From IMG/VR virus record IMGVR_UViG_3300033145_002388, positions 8,132 to 72,131 of that record: a stretch of DNA of 64,000 nucleotides. One strand, given 5' to 3'. Under the pieces are notes generated by a model. It worked only from the letters and a program-made list of their open reading frames with translations. It did no database searches and was not told the origin of the DNA. How positions within the stretch are numbered: position 1 is the first letter of the stretch; every line of letters starts with the position of its first letter. The position numbers and the translations under genes are program-made. The DNA comes from a virus. This document shows, one piece after another, positions 17,431-26,381 of the stretch.

Positions 17431-19053
17431 ATGAATAGATTGAAAAAAAAAGATACTGCCATTTTTAAATGGTTAGACGATACTGGTATTTTAACTGATA
17501 GGGGAATGCCATTTGAATTTAAAGATCATGCTTTTATTAGGGACTTATTTAGTAATTTCAACAAAAAAATTGTAGTTAAAAAATGTTCTCAGATTGGTGT
17601 TTCATTAGCATTACTTTGTAAGATTCTTTATTTATCTGATGTAATGGCAAAAAGAACTTCAACTCTTTATACTTTACCAACTGATGATGATGTTAAAGAT
17701 TTTGTTAGAACTAAATTTGATCCGATTGTTTTAGGTTCTAATCTTAGTAGATTTGCTGAAGGTGTTAGAAAAGAAGATAAAGTTTATTCTATTCAATTAA
17801 AAAAGATTGCTGATTCATTCTTTTATTTTAGAGGTTCAAGGTCAATGTCTAGAGCTTTAAGTGTTTCAATTGATATCTGGATAGGAGACGAATGGGATTA
17901 TCAGGAACAGGGAATTAAAGAAATGTATACCGAAAGATTAAAAGGTTCGGATTCTTTAAGAATAAATTGGATGGTAGGTAATCCTACAATTCCTAATTAT
18001 GGAATAGCAAAAGAGTTTGAAGATTCAACTCAGAATTATTGGTATGTTACTTGTCCTATTTGCAAGCATGTTCAACGTTTGGTTTGGCCAGACTCAATTG
18101 ATAAGGAAAGAAAAACATTTGTATGTCGTAGCTGTAATCGTCCACTTTCAGATGATGATAGAAGAAAAGGATTTTGGAAACCCGTTTATCCCGATAGAGA
18201 AATGGTAGGTTATTCTTTTAATCGTTTAATGGCTCCATGGTTTTCTGCACAAGATATTTTAGATGATTTTCAAAATAAAAAGAAGGAAAATTTTTATAGA
18301 TTTGTTTTGGGTGAAGCTTATGAAGGAAGTGGGATTGATGTTAAGTCTAAATTTAAAACCTTTTTGACTGATTCTAAATTAAAAGAAGGAAAACGGATTA
18401 TGGGTATAGACCAAGGAGATAAATTTTTTGTGACTAGCGGGATTGCCGGAAAGTCATTTAGGATTATAGATTATAATGCTGAAACTGAATTGCCTGCTGA
18501 TATTAATGATATGATTTCGACATTAAAACCTGATTTAATTGTAATGGATGCGCTTCCAAATAAACATTTAGGGAGGATTTTTCAAAAGCAATATAGTAAA
18601 ACTAAATTCCTTTTGGCTAATGAAAGAGATAGATCTCTAAAAGTTTCTGAACCAATAATAGTTGATTATAAAACTGGAATTGTTAGCGCAGACAGGACTA
18701 TGATTTTAGATGATATGTTTGAAACTTTAGAGAAAGGAATTTTAAAAATAAATAAAAGCGTTTCTCATCAAGATCTTTTTAAAAAGCATCTTGGAAATAT
18801 AATACCAGAGGAAAAAGAAGTTAATGGGAGTTTTAAAAGAAGATATAAGAAAATAGGTGAGGATCATTATGCATTTGCTTTATCATTTTTTACTATTGGT
18901 GCATCACTTTTAATGCCAATTAAAATTGAAAAAAAGGAAATTAAAAAAGAGGAAGAAAAGAAAGTAAAAACTTTTATGGAAGATCCCGATTTCATAAAAG
19001 CATTAAGAAGAAACAAAGATTCTGAATCGTGGGATTTAATTAAAGAGATTTAA
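17431..19053 (+). CDS. terL: Terminase large subunit, lambda GpA-like ATPase
   Basis: KKCSQIGVS Walker A variant, IWIGDEWD Walker B, GNPTIP, zinc ribbon CPIC...CRSC, VLGEAY and nuclease IMGIDQG. Confidence 0.9.
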   Translation: MNRLKKKDTAIFKWLDDTGILTDRGMPFEFKDHAFIRDLFSNFNKKIVVKKCSQIGVSLALLCKILYLSDVMAKRTSTLYTLPTDDDVKDFVRTKFDPIVLGSNLSRFAEGVRKEDKVYSIQLKKIADSFFYFRGSRSMSRALSVSIDIWIGDEWDYQEQGIKEMYTERLKGSDSLRINWMVGNPTIPNYGIAKEFEDSTQNYWYVTCPICKHVQRLVWPDSIDKERKTFVCRSCNRPLSDDDRRKGFWKPVYPDREMVGYSFNRLMAPWFSAQDILDDFQNKKKENFYRFVLGEAYEGSGIDVKSKFKTFLTDSKLKEGKRIMGIDQGDKFFVTSGIAGKSFRIIDYNAETELPADINDMISTLKPDLIVMDALPNKHLGRIFQKQYSKTKFLLANERDRSLKVSEPIIVDYKTGIVSADRTMILDDMFETLEKGILKINKSVSHQDLFKKHLGNIIPEEKEVNGSFKRRYKKIGEDHYAFALSFFTIGASLLMPIKIEKKEIKKEEEKKVKTFMEDPDFIKALRRNKDSESWDLIKEI

Positions 19054-19057
19054 ATTT

Positions 19058-22000
19058 ATGGAGATTAAAGATTTCTCAAGTCAAATTAGTGCAGCTCATG
19101 AAGTTCATAATAATTTTTTGACTGCAACTGAAAAAAATATTTCTTATTTTTTTTGGGGTAAAGATCAGGAAATTATTTCTTATAATCAGGGAAGATATGC
19201 ATATGGAGATTTTATTAGTTCTATGGAATCAGTTACTCCTTCTGCATTTAATTCTTGTTTAATTCCTTTACAAGTAATGTTTCAAGAAATGGGAAATACG
19301 ATGATATCTGTTAAGGTTGATCCAGTTGGCGCAATACGAAAAATTAAAGGAAGTGAAGAGTTTGCGAATATGCTTTCAAAAAAACTTTCTGATCTCTTTA
19401 AAAATTTTTCTTCATTGGGACTTTCTTCATTATTTGAAATGATAAATCATTCTTACTCGGTTTTTTATTTAGATCCGATATTGAAAAGATTTTATTCTTT
19501 ATCAGCTTCAGATTTTATTCCTGGGAATCCGGAGATAGCCAATATTCAAGATCAGCCTTTTTTAATTCGTTTAACTTTTCCATCCAAGGCTGATCTATTA
19601 AAAGGAATTGCTTCTCCAGCTTCAGATCCCAGAGTTAACAGTAAAGTTTATTCTGATATTCAAAAATTAGAAGATTGTACTTCAATTAGAATTCAAGATC
19701 TATGGAGTAAAGATTTAAATTCTAGAATTTTAACTGTTCCAACTGGAGAAGTTTTATTTAAAGATCAGTTTCCCGAACCTTTTATTTATCCTTTTTTTAA
19801 AGTCAATGAATCTTTAAGTCAATCTCAGTTTTATGCTTTGCCTTTAATGAGTAAAGCCATTCCTTTAATGGAAAAATATAAAAAGATAACCTTGTCAATT
19901 GATCATGCTTCTCATGCTCAAGCTAGAGCTTTGTTAGTCTATGACAAGGAAGCACAGATAGATATCAATAGACTTAAATCTGAGCTTCAAGAAGGAGATA
20001 AAAATATTATTGTGGGTAAAAGTGAAATAGGAGATATTAGTTATAAACAACCAGCACAGCTTCCTGAGTATGTTTTAATCCATCAACAAAATTTACTTAA
20101 TCAAATTTTACAATTATTTGGAACTGGTTCAATTGCAAGGGTTGGATCAGTTCGTGAGAAAGGTGCAGTAGAAGCTATGATTAGAGCATCACTTCGTCAA
20201 TTTGTTTTTTATTCAAATCGAATTAAAGATGCGTTAGAAAACTTAGCTGATTATTATTTAAAATATATACAGACTCATCGATTACAATTTATAAAAGAAT
20301 TTGATTCACTTTCATCTTCTGTTTTAAGAGAAGGAACTTTTAAATCTACTATAGAATTACTTCCTTCTTCTTCTTCCAGGACTATGATGGAACAAACATT
20401 TATTTTAAGGAAAAGAAAAGAAGGCCTGATTTCTAGAAAACAATCATTAAAAGAATTAGGTTATCCCAATCCAAATAGAATTAGAGATGAAATAGAAACT
20501 GAGATGCTTGAGCAAAGAGACTTAGCAGAAAAATTAAAACAACAACCTTTAAGTCTTAATCAAAAGATTTCTCAAACTCTTTCATCAGTTTTGGATTATA
20601 CTCCTGATATTATTTTATCTGGTTCAGACAAAGCGGTTGTTCAAGTCAAAGAAAAAGATGTTGAAAAAACTAGATTTCTTTTATCTGATTTGGAAGAGAG
20701 AATTTATATAGATGGAACTAGATCTGAAAGTGCTCCAAATATTATAGAGTCTGAACCAAAACCGGAAATAATTTCCGAACCTAAAAAAGAAAAGGAAATT
20801 GAAAAGCCAGAACAAAAAGAAGAAGTAAAAAAAGAAAGTTCAATTGTAAAAAAATCTTCGCAGGCTCCAGAAGTTTCTAAATTTAAACAGATTTTAGAAA
20901 AACTTATTGAATTATCTAAGATGGGAATTAAAAAGGAATCGGTTGGAAAGTTTATTCAAAAATATCCTGGACTTTATTTAGTAGATCCCCATGCTCCAGA
21001 TATTTATTCTGGAAAAAAATTAATGATTATCAAGTCTCGTTTATTTGATATTATAGATAAACCTCAAATATTACTTGGTTCTAAATATGCTTATGGAATT
21101 TTAATTCCTAGAATAGTATTTAAGATTGGGCCTAAGCGATTTAAAGAAACTGAAAAGTATCATTTAATTTCTGATGAACAAAGAAAAAAATGGTGGGATG
21201 AAAAGACTTTATATGGATACTTATTTGAGTTTCACAAATTTGAAGAACCAGTTGAATGGGAAAGGAAACCTGGTATTAAAAATTTTGTAAAAGCTCCTAT
21301 TCCTTTACGAACAGAACATACTGGAGTTCCTTATACTGGAGATTTAAAACCAGTTTCTTTAAGTCCTTTTAAGCTTCCTCCTCCAGCTAAACCAGAAAAG
21401 AAAGCTTTTCAACCTTATGAAATTTTTTCTCCTGCTAGATTAAAAGAAATTATTCCTGCTGGAACTTATAATGTTTCAGAAAAAATAGATGGAATAAGAA
21501 CTTTTTGTTGGAAAGATAATGAAACTATAAAGTTTTTTACTGATACGGGAAATGAAATTAATGCACAAAAATTAATTTTGGTAGCCGATTCAATTCGTAA
21601 TTTATTCAAAACTCAAAGTGTTTTATTAGATGGTGAACTTTCTTTAAAAGGAGTTAAACATGAAAATGTTACAGGTTTTATTCATAAAAAATCTCCTGTT
21701 TCAAATGAAGAAAAAAAAGCTTTAGAGTTTGTGGTCTGGGATATTCTTTATCTTAATGGAAAATCTTTAGCTGATAAACCTTTTATAGATAGATATAGAT
21801 TACTTAATTTAAAAATTAAACCCGGACAGACAAAAGGAAAAATTCGTAGAGTAAAAACTACTAATGCTTCTCGAGATCAGTTAGCTAAAGCTAGTAAATT
21901 AGTAACTTCTAATGAAGGAGTAGTTATTAGAGATATTGATGCTGCTTATTGGGCAACTCATTCTATGTATAAATGTGCTCATGGTGATACTTATATCTTT

Positions 22001-23395
22001 ACAGATCGTGGAATGGTAAGAGCAAAGAATATAAAGGCTGATGATAAAATTTTAAATGGTCAAGGAAAATTTGTGGGAATTAAAAACATAATGAAAAGAA
22101 AAGTAACTTCATTAGATAAAATAATGGAACTAAAAACTTTTGGAACTTTCCCTGTTAAATTTACTTCTGATCATTTAATTAAATCAGGCAAAAAATGGAT
22201 TGAATTGGATAAACTTAGGTTTAAAAGGGGGGCTTTAAGAGAAAATTATGTTAGAAAAGCTAATGACTTTTTAAGTCTTCCTATTTATAAGCGATTAAAA
22301 GGAAAAATTAAAAGTATTAAATTAAGCAGAGTTCCAAAGTATGAAAAGGAAATAAAACTTTCAAAAGATTTTTGGTGGCTAGTTGGATTAATTTTAGCAG
22401 AGGGAAGTTGGAATAAGTCTGTATTTATATCTAACAAAAATTTATCTCTTTTAAAGAAAGCTCAACAGATAGCGATCCAGACCCTGGGAATAGAAGAAGG
22501 AAAAATTATTAAGATGAAGAATGATTGTTATGTTTTAACTATATTTGATATGGGATTTGCTAACTGGCTTGCTCAAAATTTCTCACAAGGAAAAAGAAAT
22601 GGTTGGCATATAGGACATACTAAAATTCTCCCCCAGTTTATAGATTATTTAACTAAAGAGGAATTTCAATCTTTATTTGATGGATGGTGGATAGGAGATA
22701 AAGGATGTTCTATTGATAATCCATTAATTATGAAATTCTATTTATTAGGAAGAAGCCATGGAATGCCTTTAAGTATAAGCTTTTATGATTCTAAATATAA
22801 GAACAAGTCTTTCATTTATTGGAAAATTAGAATTCTAGATAAAATGTATAAGAAAAATTGGGGACGAATTAGATCTATTGTTACTTATAATAAGCATTCA
22901 GAATTTCTTTATGACTTTGAATTAGAGGGTGAATGTCCAGAAATTGCTTCTGCTATAATAGTTCATAATTGCAAGAAAACAGCTGATTTAGATGTTAAGG
23001 TTATAGCTGTGGAAAAAACTAAAAATAATCTTCCTATTTTTCATTGTGTTTTGAGAGATGGAACTTATATGGGACAAACTTATGCACAAGGAGAAGTAAA
23101 GGCCAAGCCAGGTGACACCATTAGAGTTATGGTTGATCACTTTACTTTAAGACCAGATGGAGCTTTGGGTTGGTTTGCGCCTCGTCCTAAAGATATAAAA
23201 GGAAAACTTGGGGCTACAACTTCTTTAAAACAAAAGGGAATTTCTGGACCTGATACTTTAGCATTTGTTAAGGAACATTATCTTTCTCATGGTGGCACTG
23301 AGGCGACCTGGAAAGAATGGTTGCCTAAACATGCTGCTTGGAAGGTCAAAGAAAATAAAAGATTAATTGCTAATGTTAAAAAAGTTTATGGCTAA
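19058..23395 (+). CDS. Portal protein fused to an ASCH-like domain and an intein-containing ATP-dependent ligase
   Basis: Directly after terL; aa ~1-495 portal-like (FYALPLMSKAIPL; GLISRKQSLKELGYPNPNRIRDEIETE). P/E/K-rich linker. aa ~638-745 ASCH-like (GLYLVDPHAPDIYSGKKLMIIKSR). Ligase motifs SEKIDG (K809), LLDGEL, FVVWDILY, EGVVIR and YK|CK, followed by an OB-fold-like region. Confidence 0.8.
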   Translation: MEIKDFSSQISAAHEVHNNFLTATEKNISYFFWGKDQEIISYNQGRYAYGDFISSMESVTPSAFNSCLIPLQVMFQEMGNTMISVKVDPVGAIRKIKGSEEFANMLSKKLSDLFKNFSSLGLSSLFEMINHSYSVFYLDPILKRFYSLSASDFIPGNPEIANIQDQPFLIRLTFPSKADLLKGIASPASDPRVNSKVYSDIQKLEDCTSIRIQDLWSKDLNSRILTVPTGEVLFKDQFPEPFIYPFFKVNESLSQSQFYALPLMSKAIPLMEKYKKITLSIDHASHAQARALLVYDKEAQIDINRLKSELQEGDKNIIVGKSEIGDISYKQPAQLPEYVLIHQQNLLNQILQLFGTGSIARVGSVREKGAVEAMIRASLRQFVFYSNRIKDALENLADYYLKYIQTHRLQFIKEFDSLSSSVLREGTFKSTIELLPSSSSRTMMEQTFILRKRKEGLISRKQSLKELGYPNPNRIRDEIETEMLEQRDLAEKLKQQPLSLNQKISQTLSSVLDYTPDIILSGSDKAVVQVKEKDVEKTRFLLSDLEERIYIDGTRSESAPNIIESEPKPEIISEPKKEKEIEKPEQKEEVKKESSIVKKSSQAPEVSKFKQILEKLIELSKMGIKKESVGKFIQKYPGLYLVDPHAPDIYSGKKLMIIKSRLFDIIDKPQILLGSKYAYGILIPRIVFKIGPKRFKETEKYHLISDEQRKKWWDEKTLYGYLFEFHKFEEPVEWERKPGIKNFVKAPIPLRTEHTGVPYTGDLKPVSLSPFKLPPPAKPEKKAFQPYEIFSPARLKEIIPAGTYNVSEKIDGIRTFCWKDNETIKFFTDTGNEINAQKLILVADSIRNLFKTQSVLLDGELSLKGVKHENVTGFIHKKSPVSNEEKKALEFVVWDILYLNGKSLADKPFIDRYRLLNLKIKPGQTKGKIRRVKTTNASRDQLAKASKLVTSNEGVVIRDIDAAYWATHSMYKCAHGDTYIFTDRGMVRAKNIKADDKILNGQGKFVGIKNIMKRKVTSLDKIMELKTFGTFPVKFTSDHLIKSGKKWIELDKLRFKRGALRENYVRKANDFLSLPIYKRLKGKIKSIKLSRVPKYEKEIKLSKDFWWLVGLILAEGSWNKSVFISNKNLSLLKKAQQIAIQTLGIEEGKIIKMKNDCYVLTIFDMGFANWLAQNFSQGKRNGWHIGHTKILPQFIDYLTKEEFQSLFDGWWIGDKGCSIDNPLIMKFYLLGRSHGMPLSISFYDSKYKNKSFIYWKIRILDKMYKKNWGRIRSIVTYNKHSEFLYDFELEGECPEIASAIIVHNCKKTADLDVKVIAVEKTKNNLPIFHCVLRDGTYMGQTYAQGEVKAKPGDTIRVMVDHFTLRPDGALGWFAPRPKDIKGKLGATTSLKQKGISGPDTLAFVKEHYLSHGGTEATWKEWLPKHAAWKVKENKRLIANVKKVYG
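20762..20778. repeat. 17-bp palindrome, copy 3 (CCGGAAATAATTTCCGA, one mismatch)
   Basis: In the portal-ASCH linker; encodes PEIISE. Confidence 0.85.
21974..22969 (+). mobile_element. Intein (332 aa) with LAGLIDADG homing endonuclease, inserted in ligase motif V
   Basis: N-terminal C(AHGDTYIFT), block B FTSDH, LAGLIDADG-like WLVGLILAEGS and SLFDGWWIGDK, block F LYDFEL, C-terminal VHN followed by Cys(+1). Splicing restores MYK-CKKTADLDVKV. Confidence 0.92.
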
Positions 23396-24062
23396 TTATA
23401 CTAAATTTTATATCAAAGGAGAACGAGATGGAAAACCAACTCGTATCTTCGAATCCAATCTTAATAAAGCTATTAAAGCTGCTAGAAAAATTGGAATGAA
23501 ACCAACCTCTAAAGATGCTTATGGCTATGATGCAAAAAAAAAGAAATGGGTTCCTCTGTTAAAGGCTTCAGATCCTCGTAGAGCAACTGCTAAATCTTTT
23601 GCTATAAAGGATTATTTTGATAAGATAGCAAATCCTCGTAGCGTAACTGCTAAATCTTTATTGAAAAAAACTCCAGTCTTATTAAAGAAACAATATGAAA
23701 AAAAAGATTTAATTAAAAGTAGAGGAAAAAAAACTTCTAAGTATTTGATGCCAATTGTTAAATTAATGGGTGAAAAAATTAAAACGGCTAAGTCAGAGAC
23801 TGAAGCTAATCAAGCACGTAAAGCATTATTAAAAAGATTTTCTAAAGATTTGCCATCTACAATAATGGGAAGGAAAAATTATAATACTGCGGTTAAGAAT
23901 ATTGATAATTACTTAAAGAAAGGAAATTATGTAGGAGCCTCTAATTATATGGTAGGACAATTGTTTAAATTAGAAAATCAATTAAGGGGAACCGGAAGTT
24001 ATAAATATGTGGCAGACAAACTTGGTGATTGGTATGGAACTCATTTAAAATTTGATGAATAA
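23388..24062 (+). CDS. Highly basic protein, possibly a DNA-binding core protein
   Basis: Lys/Ala-rich; internal 60-nt-period duplication DPRRATAKSF / NPRSVTAKSL (23572 and 23632). Confidence 0.6.
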   Translation: MANYTKFYIKGERDGKPTRIFESNLNKAIKAARKIGMKPTSKDAYGYDAKKKKWVPLLKASDPRRATAKSFAIKDYFDKIANPRSVTAKSLLKKTPVLLKKQYEKKDLIKSRGKKTSKYLMPIVKLMGEKIKTAKSETEANQARKALLKRFSKDLPSTIMGRKNYNTAVKNIDNYLKKGNYVGASNYMVGQLFKLENQLRGTGSYKYVADKLGDWYGTHLKFDE

Positions 24063-24063
24063 T

Positions 24064-24378
24064 ATGAATAAAAAAATTTTTCTCCTCACTTCTGTAGTGA
24101 GAAGGTTAGCAAATTTAAAAGGAAATAGAGATAAGATTTTTGTAGTGGGAGGATTGGTTACTCAGGGAAGATCTAGTCATGATATTGATATCTGTATTAA
24201 AGATCAAAAAGATATTCCAATTGTTAAAGATATTCTTGGTCCTTATCATAAAGATGTACATTTTTCAATTCTCAAAGGTAATCGGCCCAGTTCTAAAATT
24301 TATCTTACAATTGATAAAAAAAATTTAGAATTGGGATCTAAAGGAATGTATAATGAAAATAGAAACAATAAAACCTAA
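24064..24378 (+). CDS. Minimal Pol-beta-superfamily nucleotidyltransferase
   Basis: KIFVVGGLVTQGRSSHDIDICI fits hG[GS]-x(n)-DhDh. Confidence 0.75.
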   Translation: MNKKIFLLTSVVRRLANLKGNRDKIFVVGGLVTQGRSSHDIDICIKDQKDIPIVKDILGPYHKDVHFSILKGNRPSSKIYLTIDKKNLELGSKGMYNENRNNKT

Positions 24379-25270
24379 AAGTGGAACTCATTTTAAAACT
24401 TATAAAGGAACAAAAAGAATACCAACTAAAGCAGAGTTTTTGAGACGAGCTTTAAAGAAAGCTCACGGACCTTTAGATGTCCATGAAGAATGGATTGAGT
24501 TTATTCCTGGAAAATTTACTGTTCAATTACATGGATGGTTTGATGAGGGAAGTTATGGAAAGGGAAAAGAAGCCTTGACAAAAATTCAGTCAATTGTTAA
24601 GATGGCATTGAAGAATCATGAAGATCCAATTATTCATTTAACTAAAGGAAAGTTTCATTATGATATTAGAATTTTAAAAAAGGGATCCTTAACTTGGTTT
24701 GGTTTTACAACATTTAGGTTGCCGTGGACTGGAACTCTTGAAGATAAAGTGATGGGAACCGTTAAAGGCTATCAGTCCTTAGTTAAAGGATCTAAAGCTC
24801 TTAATAAATTTTTAAGAGAGAAAGCTGAAATTGCTTTGACTAAAGAAGGAACCGCTGAAAGAAGAGATCGTCCTAAATGGCTTAGAATTAAAGCAGAATA
24901 TTGGAAACCTCCTGGGATTGGAACCCCCAGTGGACAACCGGGAATAATGATTGCATTAGAATCTTTACAACCTTGTATAGTTCACAGAAGAGAATTAGAT
25001 TTTTTAGATATAACTTTTATAGGAAAATATTTTAATGGAAGATATTTTGATAGATTAGTAGAAAGAAAAATAGCTAAAAAATTTATTCTTGGATTTTATT
25101 TATGGCGAGCAAAGAAAGCTTTTGATATTTCTAAAATGAAAAATATTAGTATTGGAAAACAAAAGCATGAACCAATTGAAGTTAGATTTCAAGATAATTA
25201 TTTAAAGATTCAATCTCCTTTAAAGCCTTCATGGAAATTTAAACGCGGGGGGAAAATCTTAACAACATAA
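24353..25270 (+). CDS. LigD-type 3'-phosphoesterase (LigD_N/PE)-like protein
   Basis: FTVQLH...HYDIRI (metal ligands H, H, D plus R) and C-terminal ITFIGKYFNGRY strand motif; ~40-aa insert between the two His motifs. Confidence 0.7.
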   Translation: MKIETIKPKSGTHFKTYKGTKRIPTKAEFLRRALKKAHGPLDVHEEWIEFIPGKFTVQLHGWFDEGSYGKGKEALTKIQSIVKMALKNHEDPIIHLTKGKFHYDIRILKKGSLTWFGFTTFRLPWTGTLEDKVMGTVKGYQSLVKGSKALNKFLREKAEIALTKEGTAERRDRPKWLRIKAEYWKPPGIGTPSGQPGIMIALESLQPCIVHRRELDFLDITFIGKYFNGRYFDRLVERKIAKKFILGFYLWRAKKAFDISKMKNISIGKQKHEPIEVRFQDNYLKIQSPLKPSWKFKRGGKILTT

Positions 25271-25291
25271 CTAATTTACTAATTAAATTTT

Positions 25292-25540
25292 ATGGCTAAA
25301 ATTACTTTGGTTTGTCCTAAATGCGGAGCGAAGGTTAACGTTGAACCTGAGAAAGCAAAAGGACTTAAATGTGCTAAATGTGGGGTTGCATTATTGACTC
25401 CCGAAAAAGCTGCGGTTTATGCTAAAGCATATGCTGCTGCAAAAAAAAGAAAAAAAAGAAGAACTGCGGCTGGTAGTTTAATTAAGAAAACTTTGCCAGC
25501 TAACTATGGTTATGGTGGAGAAAAAGAAGAATCAAAATAA
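25292..25540 (+). CDS. Small basic zinc-ribbon protein
   Basis: CPKC...CAKC, then KKRKKRR. Confidence 0.7.
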   Translation: MAKITLVCPKCGAKVNVEPEKAKGLKCAKCGVALLTPEKAAVYAKAYAAAKKRKKRRTAAGSLIKKTLPANYGYGGEKEESK

Positions 25541-25561
25541 TTAATTAATTAATTTTATTTT

Positions 25562-26353
25562 ATGAAAATTAAATTTGGGGAAAAAAAAGATCCTGAAAAT
25601 ACAGAAAATAAAGATGTTAAAGAAACTGAAACTATAGATTCTGATAATGTGAAAGAAAAAGATTCTACAGAAATTAAAGAAGATCCTATAAAAACAGTAG
25701 TTGAAACTGTTAGAAATATTCAAAAATCTGTAGAAGAAATAAAAGAATCTAATTCTGGGTTGAAGTCTAGACTTGATTTATTTGAAGAAGAAAAAGAAGA
25801 ATCATTTAATTCTTCTGGTGATGATTTATTTAATGAAGCTGAAAAAGAAGTTGTTGAGGAAGAAAAAATTAAATCTGAACCAATTGAGTCTGATAAAAAA
25901 GAAGATGGAATTGATGAAGCAATTAAACAAGATCAAGATTTTAGAGATTCAATTACTGAAAAGCAAAAGAAAATTATTGAAAGACAGGAAATGATTGAAA
26001 AAAAAATTGATGAAGATAATTTGAATAGAGAAGTTAATGAAGCAATAAAAGAATTTCCTTCTATTAACAAAACTGATATTTTAAGAGAAATTGAAAATGA
26101 TCCAAGTAAAACAGCATCTGAGATTGCAGAATCTTTAGATGCGCAACGTATAAAAGATCGCGCTGCTATGCGTGATGAGATAAAAAAGGAAATAGAAGAA
26201 GAGCTTACTAAAGAGCAAAAAGGAAATGTCTCTGTACCTCAAGCTTCTGGTTCCTCTAATCCCAACTCTTCTACTCAAAATCCAGCTGAACCTGAGGGCG
26301 ATCCTTGGGAAGAAGCTAGGAATAAAGCTAAGTCGGAGATAACAGAAGAGTAA
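25562..26353 (+). CDS. Capsid scaffolding protein
   Basis: Very acidic coiled coil with a short C-terminal helix after a flexible linker; immediately upstream of the major capsid gene. Confidence 0.75.
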   Translation: MKIKFGEKKDPENTENKDVKETETIDSDNVKEKDSTEIKEDPIKTVVETVRNIQKSVEEIKESNSGLKSRLDLFEEEKEESFNSSGDDLFNEAEKEVVEEEKIKSEPIESDKKEDGIDEAIKQDQDFRDSITEKQKKIIERQEMIEKKIDEDNLNREVNEAIKEFPSINKTDILREIENDPSKTASEIAESLDAQRIKDRAAMRDEIKKEIEEELTKEQKGNVSVPQASGSSNPNSSTQNPAEPEGDPWEEARNKAKSEITEE

Positions 26354-26381
26354 TTGTTTAATTAAAACTTTATAGTCTTGT

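Noticed and set aside
23388-23500. Archaeal MC1 chromatin protein resemblance
   Set aside because: Similarity is limited to a short basic stretch, and all other evidence points to a bacterial host.
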